DNA of 64,000 nt from Deltaproteobacteria bacterium (GTDB taxonomy: Bacteria; Myxococcota_A; Polyangia; Polyangiales; Houyiibacteriaceae), in assembly GCA_034670305.1 (NCBI GenBank), contig JAXMNT010000006.1, positions 64,001 through 128,000 on the forward strand. The letters run 5' to 3'. How positions within the stretch are numbered: position 1 is the stretch's first letter; each line of letters starts with the position of its first letter. Below, in pieces: positions 1 to 9,700 of the stretch. The notes under the pieces are model-generated. The model was given only the letters and a program-made list of their open reading frames with translations. It searched no databases and was not told the origin of the DNA. The position numbers were made by a program, and so were the translations under genes.

Positions 1-105
1 GTGTGGCGGATCGAAGCTGCCTCCGAAGATCGCAAACGTGCCCTCGTCGTCCGCCGCGATGCCCTCGAGCCCATCGTCCGTTGCAGGATCGACCAAGACG
101 CTCAT
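1..105 (-). CDS. nadD: Nicotinate-nucleotide adenylyltransferase, 5' end (runs off the window)
   Basis: Manual translation from ATG 105 gives MSVLVDPATDDGLEGIAADDEGTFAIFGGSFDPPH, the NadD GGSFDPPH motif. ATGA overlap with the upstream stop at 102-104. Not in the ORF track. Confidence 0.85.
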   Translation of the reverse strand, partial: MSVLVDPATDDGLEGIAADDEGTFAIFGGSFDPPH

Positions 106-701
106 CCGCTGACCGAGACCTTGCTGGACTTGCGGCCCTGCAAGACTTCGCGCCACAAGGGCTCACCGGACGGCGCGTACGCCGCGACCGCGATGCGGCC
201 GTCTTCCTCGAGTTCCAGGAGGCCGACCTTGCCGGCTTCGAGTGGACCGGGCGTGAAGAAGTAGCGCGGTCCGAAACGCTTGAGCAGCATCTCCTGGCTC
301 TCGCCGTAGACGATGACGGCGGCGTTCGCGATGTCCTCCTCGTCGAGCACCTTCTTGTCGTGGATCACCAGCACGATGCGATCCCCGATCATCTCGATCG
401 CACGGGCCGGGGCGGGCGGGAGGGTTCGCACGGCGTCGAGTCGGCTGAGCTGTTCGTCGACGCTGAGGAAGGTCTCGATCTCATCCGCGGTGCCGACGGC
501 GGCGACCTCGGCGGCCAACGTCAGGAAGTCGCGTGTCTCTCCTTCACGCAGTTCGGCTTCCCACGCCAGGGTCATCTCGCGGGCCGCGTCGTCCGCACCA
601 AGGTAGATGGCCTGGTCCACGCCCGCGTCCCCGAGCAAGAATTCGGCGGCTTCCCGGAGCACTGTCAGATCGTGCGCGGGACCGATGAGGCCGATCCGCA
701 C
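102..701 (-). CDS. Calcineurin-like metallophosphoesterase-fold protein, probably inactive
   Basis: MRIGLIG...VDQAIYLG...VIHD...IVYGES...FFTPG follows the YfcE/MJ0936 motif order but lacks the DxH, GD and GHxH metal ligands. Confidence 0.55.
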   Translation of the reverse strand: MRIGLIGPAHDLTVLREAAEFLLGDAGVDQAIYLGADDAAREMTLAWEAELREGETRDFLTLAAEVAAVGTADEIETFLSVDEQLSRLDAVRTLPPAPARAIEMIGDRIVLVIHDKKVLDEEDIANAAVIVYGESQEMLLKRFGPRYFFTPGPLEAGKVGLLELEEDGRIAVAAYAPSGEPLWREVLQGRKSSKVSVSG

Positions 702-704
702 CGG

Positions 705-3700
705 TCAGTTCCGGTCCGCGCCGGCCCGCTGGCGCGCGTCGAAGTGGGCGTCGCTGATCGCGAAGTGCACGAGCTCTCGGGCCTCGGGCACCTTGTCGAG
801 CAGCACCACCCGGTCGGCGGACTCGTTGCCGAGGCCCGCGAGCTGAAGCAGCGCCTCTACGCCAGCTGGCACCGAGCCGAGCGCGAGGAGCGCCAACCGG
901 TCTCCGAGCTCGGCCGCCGCCACCCCGAGACGCGTCGGATCGTATCCGGGCGCGTTGACCATCTCGAGCAACACCAATCCGAGTGCGTCGCGAGAGCGAC
1001 GCGAGATCCCCTTGGTGAGCTTCTTGGTCAGGTCGTCGACGAGTTTGGGGTCGTGCGCGCCGATCTGGATGTGCGGGTCGTACACGCGGTGCAGCGCCGC
1101 CAAGAGCGGTGCCAGAAGCTCCGGGCCCGTGCGCATGGCCACCGTGAGGTGCGACTGGGCGATCGAGATCGCGCGGGCGAAAAGGAACGCCCGCTGCCGC
1201 TCGTCGGTGCCACTCGCGAGGTCGTCGCCGATGAGCAGCGTCACCGGGCTCGAACCGACCGGCAAACAGAGTCGCGGCGCGGCACTCGTGACGAGCAGCT
1301 GCACGTCGGTGGCGCCGAAGAAGGCCCCCACCCGCTGCGCTTCGGACCGAAGGGGTTCGGTGCGGTACTTCTGCGCCCGCCACGCTTTCGCGTCGAACGG
1401 GGCCGCCTTGTCGAGCGCCTCTTGCGAGAGCCGGAACACTTCGAAGATGGCGCGGCCGAGCGGGGCGGGTGCGAGCATGTCGCGCAGATCCGCGTCGAAC
1501 GCACCCGCGCCGGCGCCGGGGATCTCACCGAGTGCGCCTACGCGGGCTGAGAGTCCGACGTCCTGCACGCCGTAGGCGACCGATGCGGAGGCGGCGGCTC
1601 GGGCTGCGTCCGGCCGGCCCTTCCAGTCGAGCACATCGACCAGGCCGGTCCACGCCATGACGTCGCTTGGGGCATCTCGTACGCCCCGCCGGAAATCGCT
1701 CAGCGCGCGCCCGAGGTGCATGGCCAATGCGCTCGGTGCGTTTTGGCGCTCGTAGAGGTCGGCCATGGCGCGGAGCACGACCAGGTCGGTCGGGTCGACG
1801 CGCCGCGTCTCGTCGAGCACCCGTTCCGCGGTGCGTGCATCGCCGCTGGCTTCGTGTGCCCGCGCGATCCGCAACCGATGTCGGCGACGTTCGTCTGGGT
1901 CGATCTCGATGTCGTAGAGCCGCTGCAGCATCGGGACGGCTTTCTCGAGGTTGTTCTCGCGGATGTACAACTCCGCCAACCGGTCCATCGTCTCGAGGTC
2001 TTCGGGCAACAACTTCAACACGCGAGAAAACGCGGCTTCGGCGCGTCGCGGATCCGGCATGTGCCGGTCGTACAGATCGCCCAGCGTGAAGAACACCCAG
2101 CGCAACTCTTCGCGGTCCTGTCGAAGTCGGGCGATTCGAATCAGCGTCTCGGCGGCGGCGCGGTAATCCTGTTCTTCCAGACTCAGTTCCGCGAGCTTCC
2201 GCAACGTGCCGATGCGGTTCGGTTCGAGTGCCAGCGCGCGCCGGAACGCTTCGCGGGCACCGTTGCGATCCCCGGCTGCCAAGGCGAGCGCCGCGTGGGT
2301 CTCGTGCAGCTCCACGAGCGTCGATGCGTCGCCGCCGGCGTCGAGCCTCCGCTGGGTCAGGTCCGCCAGCCGTCCATGGTGGCCGCCGCGCTCCAGCAGG
2401 ATGCGCGCCCGCTCGAAGATGTCGGCGTAGGTCACGTCGATCTCGGAAGCCTTCTCGTACGCGCTCATGGCGTGCTCGACGTCTCCCGCTTCTTCCCATG
2501 CGCGACCCGCCGCGTAGAAACATGCGACCCGGTGGGTGTCGAGCTGGCTGGCGGCCGCCGCGAGTTCGAACGCATCTGCGGCCTGGGCGTGTTCTCCATC
2601 GGCGAGCAACGCGTCGGCTTGGGCTTCGGCGAGCAAGGGGTGGCGCGGCAACGCGGCGACGGCAGGTCCGAGCATCGCTGCAGCCTCGCCGGCATCGCTC
2701 GCAGCACGAACCGCTTCCGCGGCACGCAGCACGAACGCCGCTTGTTCTTCATCGCTCGCCGCGACGCCATCGATCACGGCCGCCCACGCGGTGGCGCGCG
2801 TCTGAGGATCTTCGGTCACGGCGAGCAGCCGCCGCGCAACCCAGGTCTCACCCGCCGGCCAGGCGTCACCGGTCAGCCGGTCGAACGCTTCCCGGAGCGT
2901 GGCGTCTCCGACCGTCGCGGGCGCATCCGCCCGAAGCAGCGCGAGACGCGCGCGCAAGCGCGCGGCGATCGCCACGCCGCGGCGATCGAGGTGCTCCATC
3001 AGTCGACCGCAGATCCGCGCGAGTTCGTCGTCGCGATTGTCGGTCATGAAGTGCCGCTCGAGCACCCGAAGGGTGGGCAAGTGGCCGGGCGCATCCTCCA
3101 GGATCGACTGAAGCGTGAGGACCGCACTGCTCATGTCGCCGCGTTCGTAGAGATCGAGGGCAGCGAGATCTTCGAGCGCCGCAAGCTTTTGCGCCGGGTC
3201 CGACGCTTCCTTCACTGCGACGAACCGTCGCTCGCCCACCCGCGCGTGCTGGTTCGACGCAAGCTCGGCGCGCTCGAGTGCGGCGGAGGTGATGGGATCT
3301 GGATGTTCGGCGAACAGCGTTCGGTAGAGGTTGGCGGCGGCAGCGTGGTCACCGGCCGACTCGTACGCCGCCCCCGCCCGCCAGACCGCGATGCGTCGGG
3401 CGCCCGGGTCCGAAGAGTCCTGTGCGCGCAGTTCGTAGAGTGTGGCGAGCGCAAGCGGATCGGTCCCGCTCGCGACGCTCAACATCGACTCCAGCACGGG
3501 GTCGTGCGACCCCCCGCCCTCGAGGTGGTCGTGGGCCTGCTGAAGCGCGGCGCCGTCGCCGCCCTTGGCGAACGCCAACTGCACGGCCAGCAGCGCCGAT
3601 TGTTTCGGCCCCGAAGCGGCATCGATTTGCTGCTCGAGCAAGACCCGCTGACCCTCGGCGTCGCCACGCTCGAGGTACGCACGTTCCAGCGCCCAAGACG

Positions 3701-6700
3701 CCGGGTGCGCGCCGGGGACTTCGTCGAGCGCAAACTTCCAGGCTTCGATCGCAGCGTCGGGATCCTCGCCCCGCCACTTGGCCCGACCAGCCTCACACCA
3801 CTCGAAGAACGCGGCGTCACCGGTCGAGTCAGAGGCGGCCTGTTGCCAGAGCGCGCCGGCGGCTGCTGGTTCGTTGGCCTCGAGCATCCGGACGAGCGCG
3901 CGTCGTGCCGGTGCGCCGCCCTCGTCCGCCGCCAGCTGCAAGGCGGCGCGTCGGTCGTCGCCCGCGAGTCGGGCCGCGAGTGCGAGAAGCACCCCCAGGC
4001 GCTGTTCGGGGGCCGCGCGCTCCGTCGCCGCCCGAAGGTGGGTCACGACTTCGGCGTCGTCGCCGGCCTTGGCGGCCAGGTCCAGCAAGAGGAGCGCTGT
4101 GGTGAGCGGTGCCTCGCCCCGTTCCGCGGCGGCCAGCAAGTACGCCCGCTCGTTGGATGGATCCGAGGTCGCGAGTTTGGCAGCCGCTTCGACCGCGGTG
4201 CCCTCCCCCTTGTGTTCCTCGCTCGGCGCGCTGAGCAGGGCGCCGTGTTTGCGCGTGAGGATCTCGCGGACCACTCGGATCGTGTCGAGGGTCTCGTCTG
4301 CGAGGGCCGCGTCCTTGAGGGCGGTCTGCGCGCCTTCGATGTCTTCGTTCTGTGCCCGGGCTTCGGCCAGGTCCAGCAACGCGAGCGCCCGGTTCGCGCC
4401 GCCGGTGGCTTCCGCAAGGGCGGTCAGCGCGGCGGTGCGTGCGTCCGCATCGCCCGCCCGGAGGGCCGCGAGTGCCTTCAACTTCAACCCCGCCGGTCGG
4501 GTGGCACCGTCGAGCAACGCCGTCGCTTCCGCCGGCTTCTTGGCGGCGAGCAACCAGCGCGCGGCGAGGCGGCGAAGGCCTTCCTGCAGGGAGGGCGTCT
4601 GCATCTGCGCCGATGCGGCCGAGAGCGCTTCGGCCCGGTCGACGGGATCTTCCGCCACGCGTGCCCGACCGAGGTTCGCTGCAAACCCCGCATGCCGAGC
4701 CGCCGCTTCGGTGTACGCCGTTCGGGCGCGGGCGGTCTGACCGGCCCGCTCCGCGTCTCGCGCCACGCGGGTCAACAAGGTGGAGGCGGCGACGTCGTCC
4801 TTCCAAACCTCCGCGGCCTTCTGGAGGGACACGGCGCCAGGGAGCCCGCGTCCCTGCGCACGCGCGGCTTCGTTCCACAGCAGGCCGGCCGGCACGCTGG
4901 GGTGTGCGGCCATCGCGGCGCGGCACGATCGTTCCGCGCCCTCCGCGTCGTCCATGCGCGACAGCTGGATCTCCGCGAGCAGCGTCAGCACGAGGCTCTT
5001 GTCGAGTGCGGAGAGCGGAAGGGCGGCCTCCGCTTGCAGCCGGGCCACGACCTCGTCCCAATCGCCGCGGTGCATGGCGGCGCGCCGGAGTGCGCGCAGG
5101 GCGAGCAGGTCGCGCGGGTCCGCCTCGTTGGCTTCGACGAACAGCGCGTGTGCTTCGTCGTGGCGCGCGAGCCGTTCGAAGATCTCGGCGGCGGCGACGA
5201 GGCACCGCGCTTTGCCTGTCGTGGGGCCGGACGCCGCGAGGCGCTTGAGCATCTCGCCCCGCTTGAGCAGCGTCTCGGGGTCGGTTCCGACGAACTCCAG
5301 CTTCTCTTCGCGGGGCTTGCGGTGTCGGACCGTTCGCTGCGCGGTGGCTGCACCTTGGTCTCGGGCGGCCGCCGCAGGATCCACGGCGGCCTCTGCCGCA
5401 TCGGCGTCGAACTCGAGCTCGGGCCCGTCGTCGTCTTCCTCCGCGACCTCGAGGGCTGGGGCATCGTCGCCCTCGTCGCCGAACTCGAGCGCTGGGCCGT
5501 CGTCGGATTCGCCGAACTCGAGCTCCGGGCCGTCGTCGTCGGGCTCGCCGAACTCGAGCTCCGGGCCGTCGTCGTCGGGCTCGCCGAACTCGAGCTCCGG
5601 GCCGTCGTCGTCGGGCTCGCCGAACTCGAGCTCCGGGCCGTCGTCGGGCTCGCCGAACTCGATCTCCGGGCCGTCGTCTTCTGGTTGGCCGACCGCGATC
5701 TCGGGCTCGTCGTCCAGTGCGGGCGGGTCCACGCGAAGCATGGGCGGGACCGGAATCTCTGTAGATATCGGCTCGAGCGATTCCCCCTCTGCGAGGGAGA
5801 CCTCCATCGTCGGCTCGTCCTGGCGAGGCGGCTTGGAGGACGTGCCGACGCGCGGCGCTGCGTCCGCCTCTGCCACGGCGTCTTCTGCGTCCTTGTCGAG
5901 GTCCCCGAAGAGAAGGTCGAGTTCTTCGTCCGGCTCGGCGAACGGGTCGAGGAGATCGTCCTCGCCGCTGGCGCTCGGACCCAGTTGGCTGGGCGTTGGC
6001 AACGAGAACGCACCCTTGGCTTGCGGACGTGGGAGCTCCGCTTGCGGAAGGCTGGGCGCGGGCAGGGCAGGCTGCGGCAGCCGGGGCGGCTTCGGTCGCG
6101 GCAACCCAGGCTTGGCCAGGGGCGGCGGCGCGGGCGGACGGGCGATGACGGGCGGTGGAGCGACCGGGGCGGCGACGGGCGGAGGCGCGACGGCCGGCGG
6201 TGCGACGGCCGGGGGCGCGACGGGCGCAGGCGCGATTCTCGTCGACTCGTCGTCGTCTTCGTCCTCGCCGAAGAGACCATCCAGATCCAATTCGACCGCA
6301 TCCCGGTAGTCGTCTGGGACTTTGCTTGCGCGCGGCGCGTCGCCTTCGTCTCCGGTCGTGCGGAGCTCCTGCAGCGAGGCGATGAGGTCTTCGGGCACCG
6401 CTGCGATGGCGGTGGCTTCGTCGCTGTCGTCGTCGCCAAACGAAGGGAATGCCTCGCGTACCTTGGCGGGGCTTGGCGGTGTGATCTTCGGCGCCTTCGG
6501 CTGCGGGATCTGCGGGACGGGCTTCTTCCGCGCTTCCAATCCGGGATCGGGCTGGTAGAGCGGACCTCGGCCGGCAGGGCGCGGTTTGGGCTTCGGCGCG
6601 GAGGGCTCCGGTGCAGGCGGTACGGTTTGCCGGAGCGGCGCGGCTTTCGCCTGCGCGGCGTCCTCGAAATCTTTCTCCCACGCGTCCAGCGCGTCGTCGA

Positions 6701-6740
6701 GATCCAGGTCGAGCTCGAAGTCGTCGTCTTCGGTACTCAT
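705..6740 (-). CDS. Giant TPR/alpha-solenoid protein (~2011 aa) with an acidic, Pro-rich N-terminus
   Basis: Start MSTEDDDF at 6740 overlaps the upstream stop (ATGA). Many TPR-like helix pairs (e.g. AREAFRRALALEPNRIGTLRKLAEL). Resembles myxobacterial AgmK-type TPR proteins. Confidence 0.8.
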   Translation of the reverse strand: MSTEDDDFELDLDLDDALDAWEKDFEDAAQAKAAPLRQTVPPAPEPSAPKPKPRPAGRGPLYQPDPGLEARKKPVPQIPQPKAPKITPPSPAKVREAFPSFGDDDSDEATAIAAVPEDLIASLQELRTTGDEGDAPRASKVPDDYRDAVELDLDGLFGEDEDDDESTRIAPAPVAPPAVAPPAVAPPPVAAPVAPPPVIARPPAPPPLAKPGLPRPKPPRLPQPALPAPSLPQAELPRPQAKGAFSLPTPSQLGPSASGEDDLLDPFAEPDEELDLLFGDLDKDAEDAVAEADAAPRVGTSSKPPRQDEPTMEVSLAEGESLEPISTEIPVPPMLRVDPPALDDEPEIAVGQPEDDGPEIEFGEPDDGPELEFGEPDDDGPELEFGEPDDDGPELEFGEPDDDGPELEFGESDDGPALEFGDEGDDAPALEVAEEDDDGPELEFDADAAEAAVDPAAAARDQGAATAQRTVRHRKPREEKLEFVGTDPETLLKRGEMLKRLAASGPTTGKARCLVAAAEIFERLARHDEAHALFVEANEADPRDLLALRALRRAAMHRGDWDEVVARLQAEAALPLSALDKSLVLTLLAEIQLSRMDDAEGAERSCRAAMAAHPSVPAGLLWNEAARAQGRGLPGAVSLQKAAEVWKDDVAASTLLTRVARDAERAGQTARARTAYTEAAARHAGFAANLGRARVAEDPVDRAEALSAASAQMQTPSLQEGLRRLAARWLLAAKKPAEATALLDGATRPAGLKLKALAALRAGDADARTAALTALAEATGGANRALALLDLAEARAQNEDIEGAQTALKDAALADETLDTIRVVREILTRKHGALLSAPSEEHKGEGTAVEAAAKLATSDPSNERAYLLAAAERGEAPLTTALLLLDLAAKAGDDAEVVTHLRAATERAAPEQRLGVLLALAARLAGDDRRAALQLAADEGGAPARRALVRMLEANEPAAAGALWQQAASDSTGDAAFFEWCEAGRAKWRGEDPDAAIEAWKFALDEVPGAHPASWALERAYLERGDAEGQRVLLEQQIDAASGPKQSALLAVQLAFAKGGDGAALQQAHDHLEGGGSHDPVLESMLSVASGTDPLALATLYELRAQDSSDPGARRIAVWRAGAAYESAGDHAAAANLYRTLFAEHPDPITSAALERAELASNQHARVGERRFVAVKEASDPAQKLAALEDLAALDLYERGDMSSAVLTLQSILEDAPGHLPTLRVLERHFMTDNRDDELARICGRLMEHLDRRGVAIAARLRARLALLRADAPATVGDATLREAFDRLTGDAWPAGETWVARRLLAVTEDPQTRATAWAAVIDGVAASDEEQAAFVLRAAEAVRAASDAGEAAAMLGPAVAALPRHPLLAEAQADALLADGEHAQAADAFELAAAASQLDTHRVACFYAAGRAWEEAGDVEHAMSAYEKASEIDVTYADIFERARILLERGGHHGRLADLTQRRLDAGGDASTLVELHETHAALALAAGDRNGAREAFRRALALEPNRIGTLRKLAELSLEEQDYRAAAETLIRIARLRQDREELRWVFFTLGDLYDRHMPDPRRAEAAFSRVLKLLPEDLETMDRLAELYIRENNLEKAVPMLQRLYDIEIDPDERRRHRLRIARAHEASGDARTAERVLDETRRVDPTDLVVLRAMADLYERQNAPSALAMHLGRALSDFRRGVRDAPSDVMAWTGLVDVLDWKGRPDAARAAASASVAYGVQDVGLSARVGALGEIPGAGAGAFDADLRDMLAPAPLGRAIFEVFRLSQEALDKAAPFDAKAWRAQKYRTEPLRSEAQRVGAFFGATDVQLLVTSAAPRLCLPVGSSPVTLLIGDDLASGTDERQRAFLFARAISIAQSHLTVAMRTGPELLAPLLAALHRVYDPHIQIGAHDPKLVDDLTKKLTKGISRRSRDALGLVLLEMVNAPGYDPTRLGVAAAELGDRLALLALGSVPAGVEALLQLAGLGNESADRVVLLDKVPEARELVHFAISDAHFDARQRAGADRN
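5478..5676. repeat. Intragenic 36-bp tandem repeat encoding (DDDGPELEFGEP)n
   Basis: Unit GCCGAACTCGAGCTCCGGGCCGTCGTCGTCGGGCTC exact at 5511, 5547 and 5583, with shortened or degenerate flanking copies. Confidence 0.9.
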
Positions 6741-9700
6741 GTACCCAGGCTCCGTCGAAGTTCGATCATCTGTGGAGAGATCCAGAAGTGAATGAGGTCG
6801 TTGGCATCCGCGGTGGCGCGGACGACCGCAAGCGATGGGTGTTCGTCGATGAGCGCCGTCACGATCGAGGTCAGGTCGCCGCCGACGAGCGCGCCCGCGC
6901 GCATGGCCCCTCGTCGCACGCCCACGCAGAACGCTTCGACGTCGCGGCCGCCATCCGGCACCTGCGCCGCCAGCGTCGCCGCGGCCTTTCGGGTCTTGCG
7001 CGGCATCGCTTTGTGGAGGCGTCGCGTCCAGTCGACGAGCCCTGCTCGGTCCATGCCCGCCGCGAGTGGGTGATCCGACGCCGCCGCCACCGCATGCAGC
7101 ATGGTCGCGCCATCGCTCGGCATGCGGCGCACGAGCGCGCTGAACCCGAGTCGAAGCGCACAGGCTTGCTGGGCCACGAGGAACCGGTGCACGGGATGCA
7201 GTGGCGACCGCACGCCGTCCCCGATGACCCACGCGTGTCGCTTCTTGCCCGGCATCGCGAGCAGTCGACCCGGGTCGTCTCCACCCACGAAGGTGTCCAT
7301 CTCAGGCAGGGCGAACAGACGCGACAGCACACCGATTTCATCGCGCACCGGATGCGGACCCGAACCGACCAGTTCTCGGCGTCCCACCCCGAGCGCCGTC
7401 GGGGTCAAATCGATGAGTTCGCACAGTACGGGATCGAGCAGGCGGGCGAGCTCCGCGAGCGGGCCGACGGCTTCGGGCATCATCACGCGCAGACGGGCGT
7501 CGTCGATCGACTCGATCGCCGCCCGCGTCATGATGCCGGTCTCTTCTTCGGCCGCGCGGGACTCTTCGGGCGTTGCTGCGCCAATGGCTTGCAGGGCTTG
7601 CAGCACCGTCTGCTCGAACACCCGGTCGCCCCGCCAGTCCGCCACATCGCGCAACCCGCGGAGCAGATCCGCAGCCAATCCGTCGCGTTGGATCATCGCG
7701 CGGATGGTCCCCTCGACCTCGTCGGCCAGCGCCTCGCGCGACGACGGGTCCGGCAGCAGTGCGGCAAGCGCCCGCGCGGCTTCGAGATCGGTCGGCGTGG
7801 ACTTCAGTGCACTTCGGTACGCCGCCTGGGCCGATGTGTGGTCCCCCGCCGCGACGTGAAGTTCTGCGGCACGCCGGGCATGGGCCGCCTTGTCCGCGCC
7901 CTCCGCGCCCGCGGCCGCCTTGGTGAGTGCCGCCGCGGCCGCTGCGGTGTTCCCCGTGCGCTCGGCCAGCCCGGCCATGCGCACGAAGAGATCGACCGTG
8001 CCGTATCCGAGGCCATCCACCGCAGCCAGCTCGACGAGCGCGCCGGCGGGATCGTCGAGTTTGTGCTCGAGGAAGTCGGCCGCGCCGAGACGCGAGATGC
8101 GTTTCTGTTTCGCGGGCACGTCCGCCTTGGCGATGAGGCGCAGTCCGTCGACCGCAGGCGCCCAGCTGCCGCGGGACACGTTGATCTCCACCGCGAGCGC
8201 CAGGCCGCCGACGTGCTGTTCGTCGAGCAGCACCAGGTTCTCGATCGCCTCGAGTGCTTCGTCGAGCTCGCCACGGCTGCGGTGCAGCCGCGCCAGTTCG
8301 TAGAAGAGCCGCTCCAGACCTTCGTCGGTCGCCTCGATCCGCCGCTTCACGATTCGGACGAGCGCTTCGGCGTCGGCCCGCTCGGCCAGAAGATCGTGCA
8401 ACCGATGGAACGCGTTCGGGCGTCCCGGGTTCTCGTCGAAGACCGCGGCGAGTCGCGGTTCGGCCCCCGCCGGATCGTCGAGGTGATCGAGCAGCACCGC
8501 CGCCGCTTCTTCTTGCAGACCGTGCGCCGCATCTCCATCGAGGTGGGCGAGCAGCTGGTCGCACGCGCGCACCACGTCTTCCCAGGCGCCGGCTGCGCGG
8601 GCCGCTGTGCGCAGCGCTTCCCACCCCGCCAGGTCCCAGGGATCGGCTTCGACGACGGCCCGGTTGATTTCGAGCGCTTGCTGACGACGCGCCGCGGAGA
8701 GCGCACGGCCTGCTGCCGCGCGGAGGACCGGCTGAGTGGATGGGCTCGCGTGTTCCAGGACCCCGAGCAGCGAGGCCGCGCGCGCGTCCGGATCGTCGCC
8801 CGGTTCCAGCGTCTCTTCGATCCCCGCCCGCGCCGAAGCGGTGTCCGGCGCACGGGCACCAAGGTCTTGCGCCAGGAGGAACACGTCGTCGGCTGCGTCG
8901 TTGCCTTCGACGACGAGTTTCGTGCGCAGGCCGTGGAGGAAGATGTCCGCGGACGCGACCTTGTCGCTCGTCGCGTCCGCCAGTCGCAACCAGACCTCTC
9001 CGCGCAACGTGCGGTCGCCGTCGGTGGTCAGCGCCAGGGCGGCCAGCATGGCCCAGACGTCGTCCTTGACCGGTTCGCCTTCCGCGACTTCGTCGGGCGC
9101 GAGTTCGCGGATCGCGTGTTCCACCGCCGCGAGGTCCAGCAGGTCGACTTCGGCCGTTTGGCCATGTTCCCGCCGCAACTGGATGCGGTCCGCACCCTCG
9201 GCGACCGCCAGCAATTTCTCGAGTCCGATGAGCCGCACGGCGGGCTCGGCCCCGTCTTCAGGGAGGGTGCTCAGCGCGAGCGCGGCTTCGACGCCGACGT
9301 GGGATTCGAGACACGACTGCAACGGCGACTCGGCGAGCGCCCCCTTGCCGAGCAGCGCGTAGTGTTCGCCCATCTCGAGCGTGGCGATGCGCGTCTCGCC
9401 AAGTGCGAGCTCTCGTGCCGAGAGTCCCTCCTGGGCCCGCAGCATCAACTCGTCGTCGTCGTGGGTCCGCGCCAGCCGCTCCAGTGCACGCAGTGGAGAC
9501 GGCGAATCGGGCGCTTGATCGGCGGCTTGCTCGTAGGTCTCTTTGGCCGTGTCGACGTCGTTGGCGGCTTCGGCTGCGGCACCCGCGAGCAGCAGCTCGA
9601 CGACCGCCGCGCGTGTGCCGCCGTGCGCCTCCGCCGCTTCGCGGAGCAACTTCACCACCGCGGCCGAGTCGCCCCGCGCGCGGTAGAGCATCTCGAGCAG

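Noticed and set aside
5478-5676. 36-bp repeats as a CRISPR array
   Set aside because: Head-to-tail with no spacers, in frame inside a CDS, and no cas genes.
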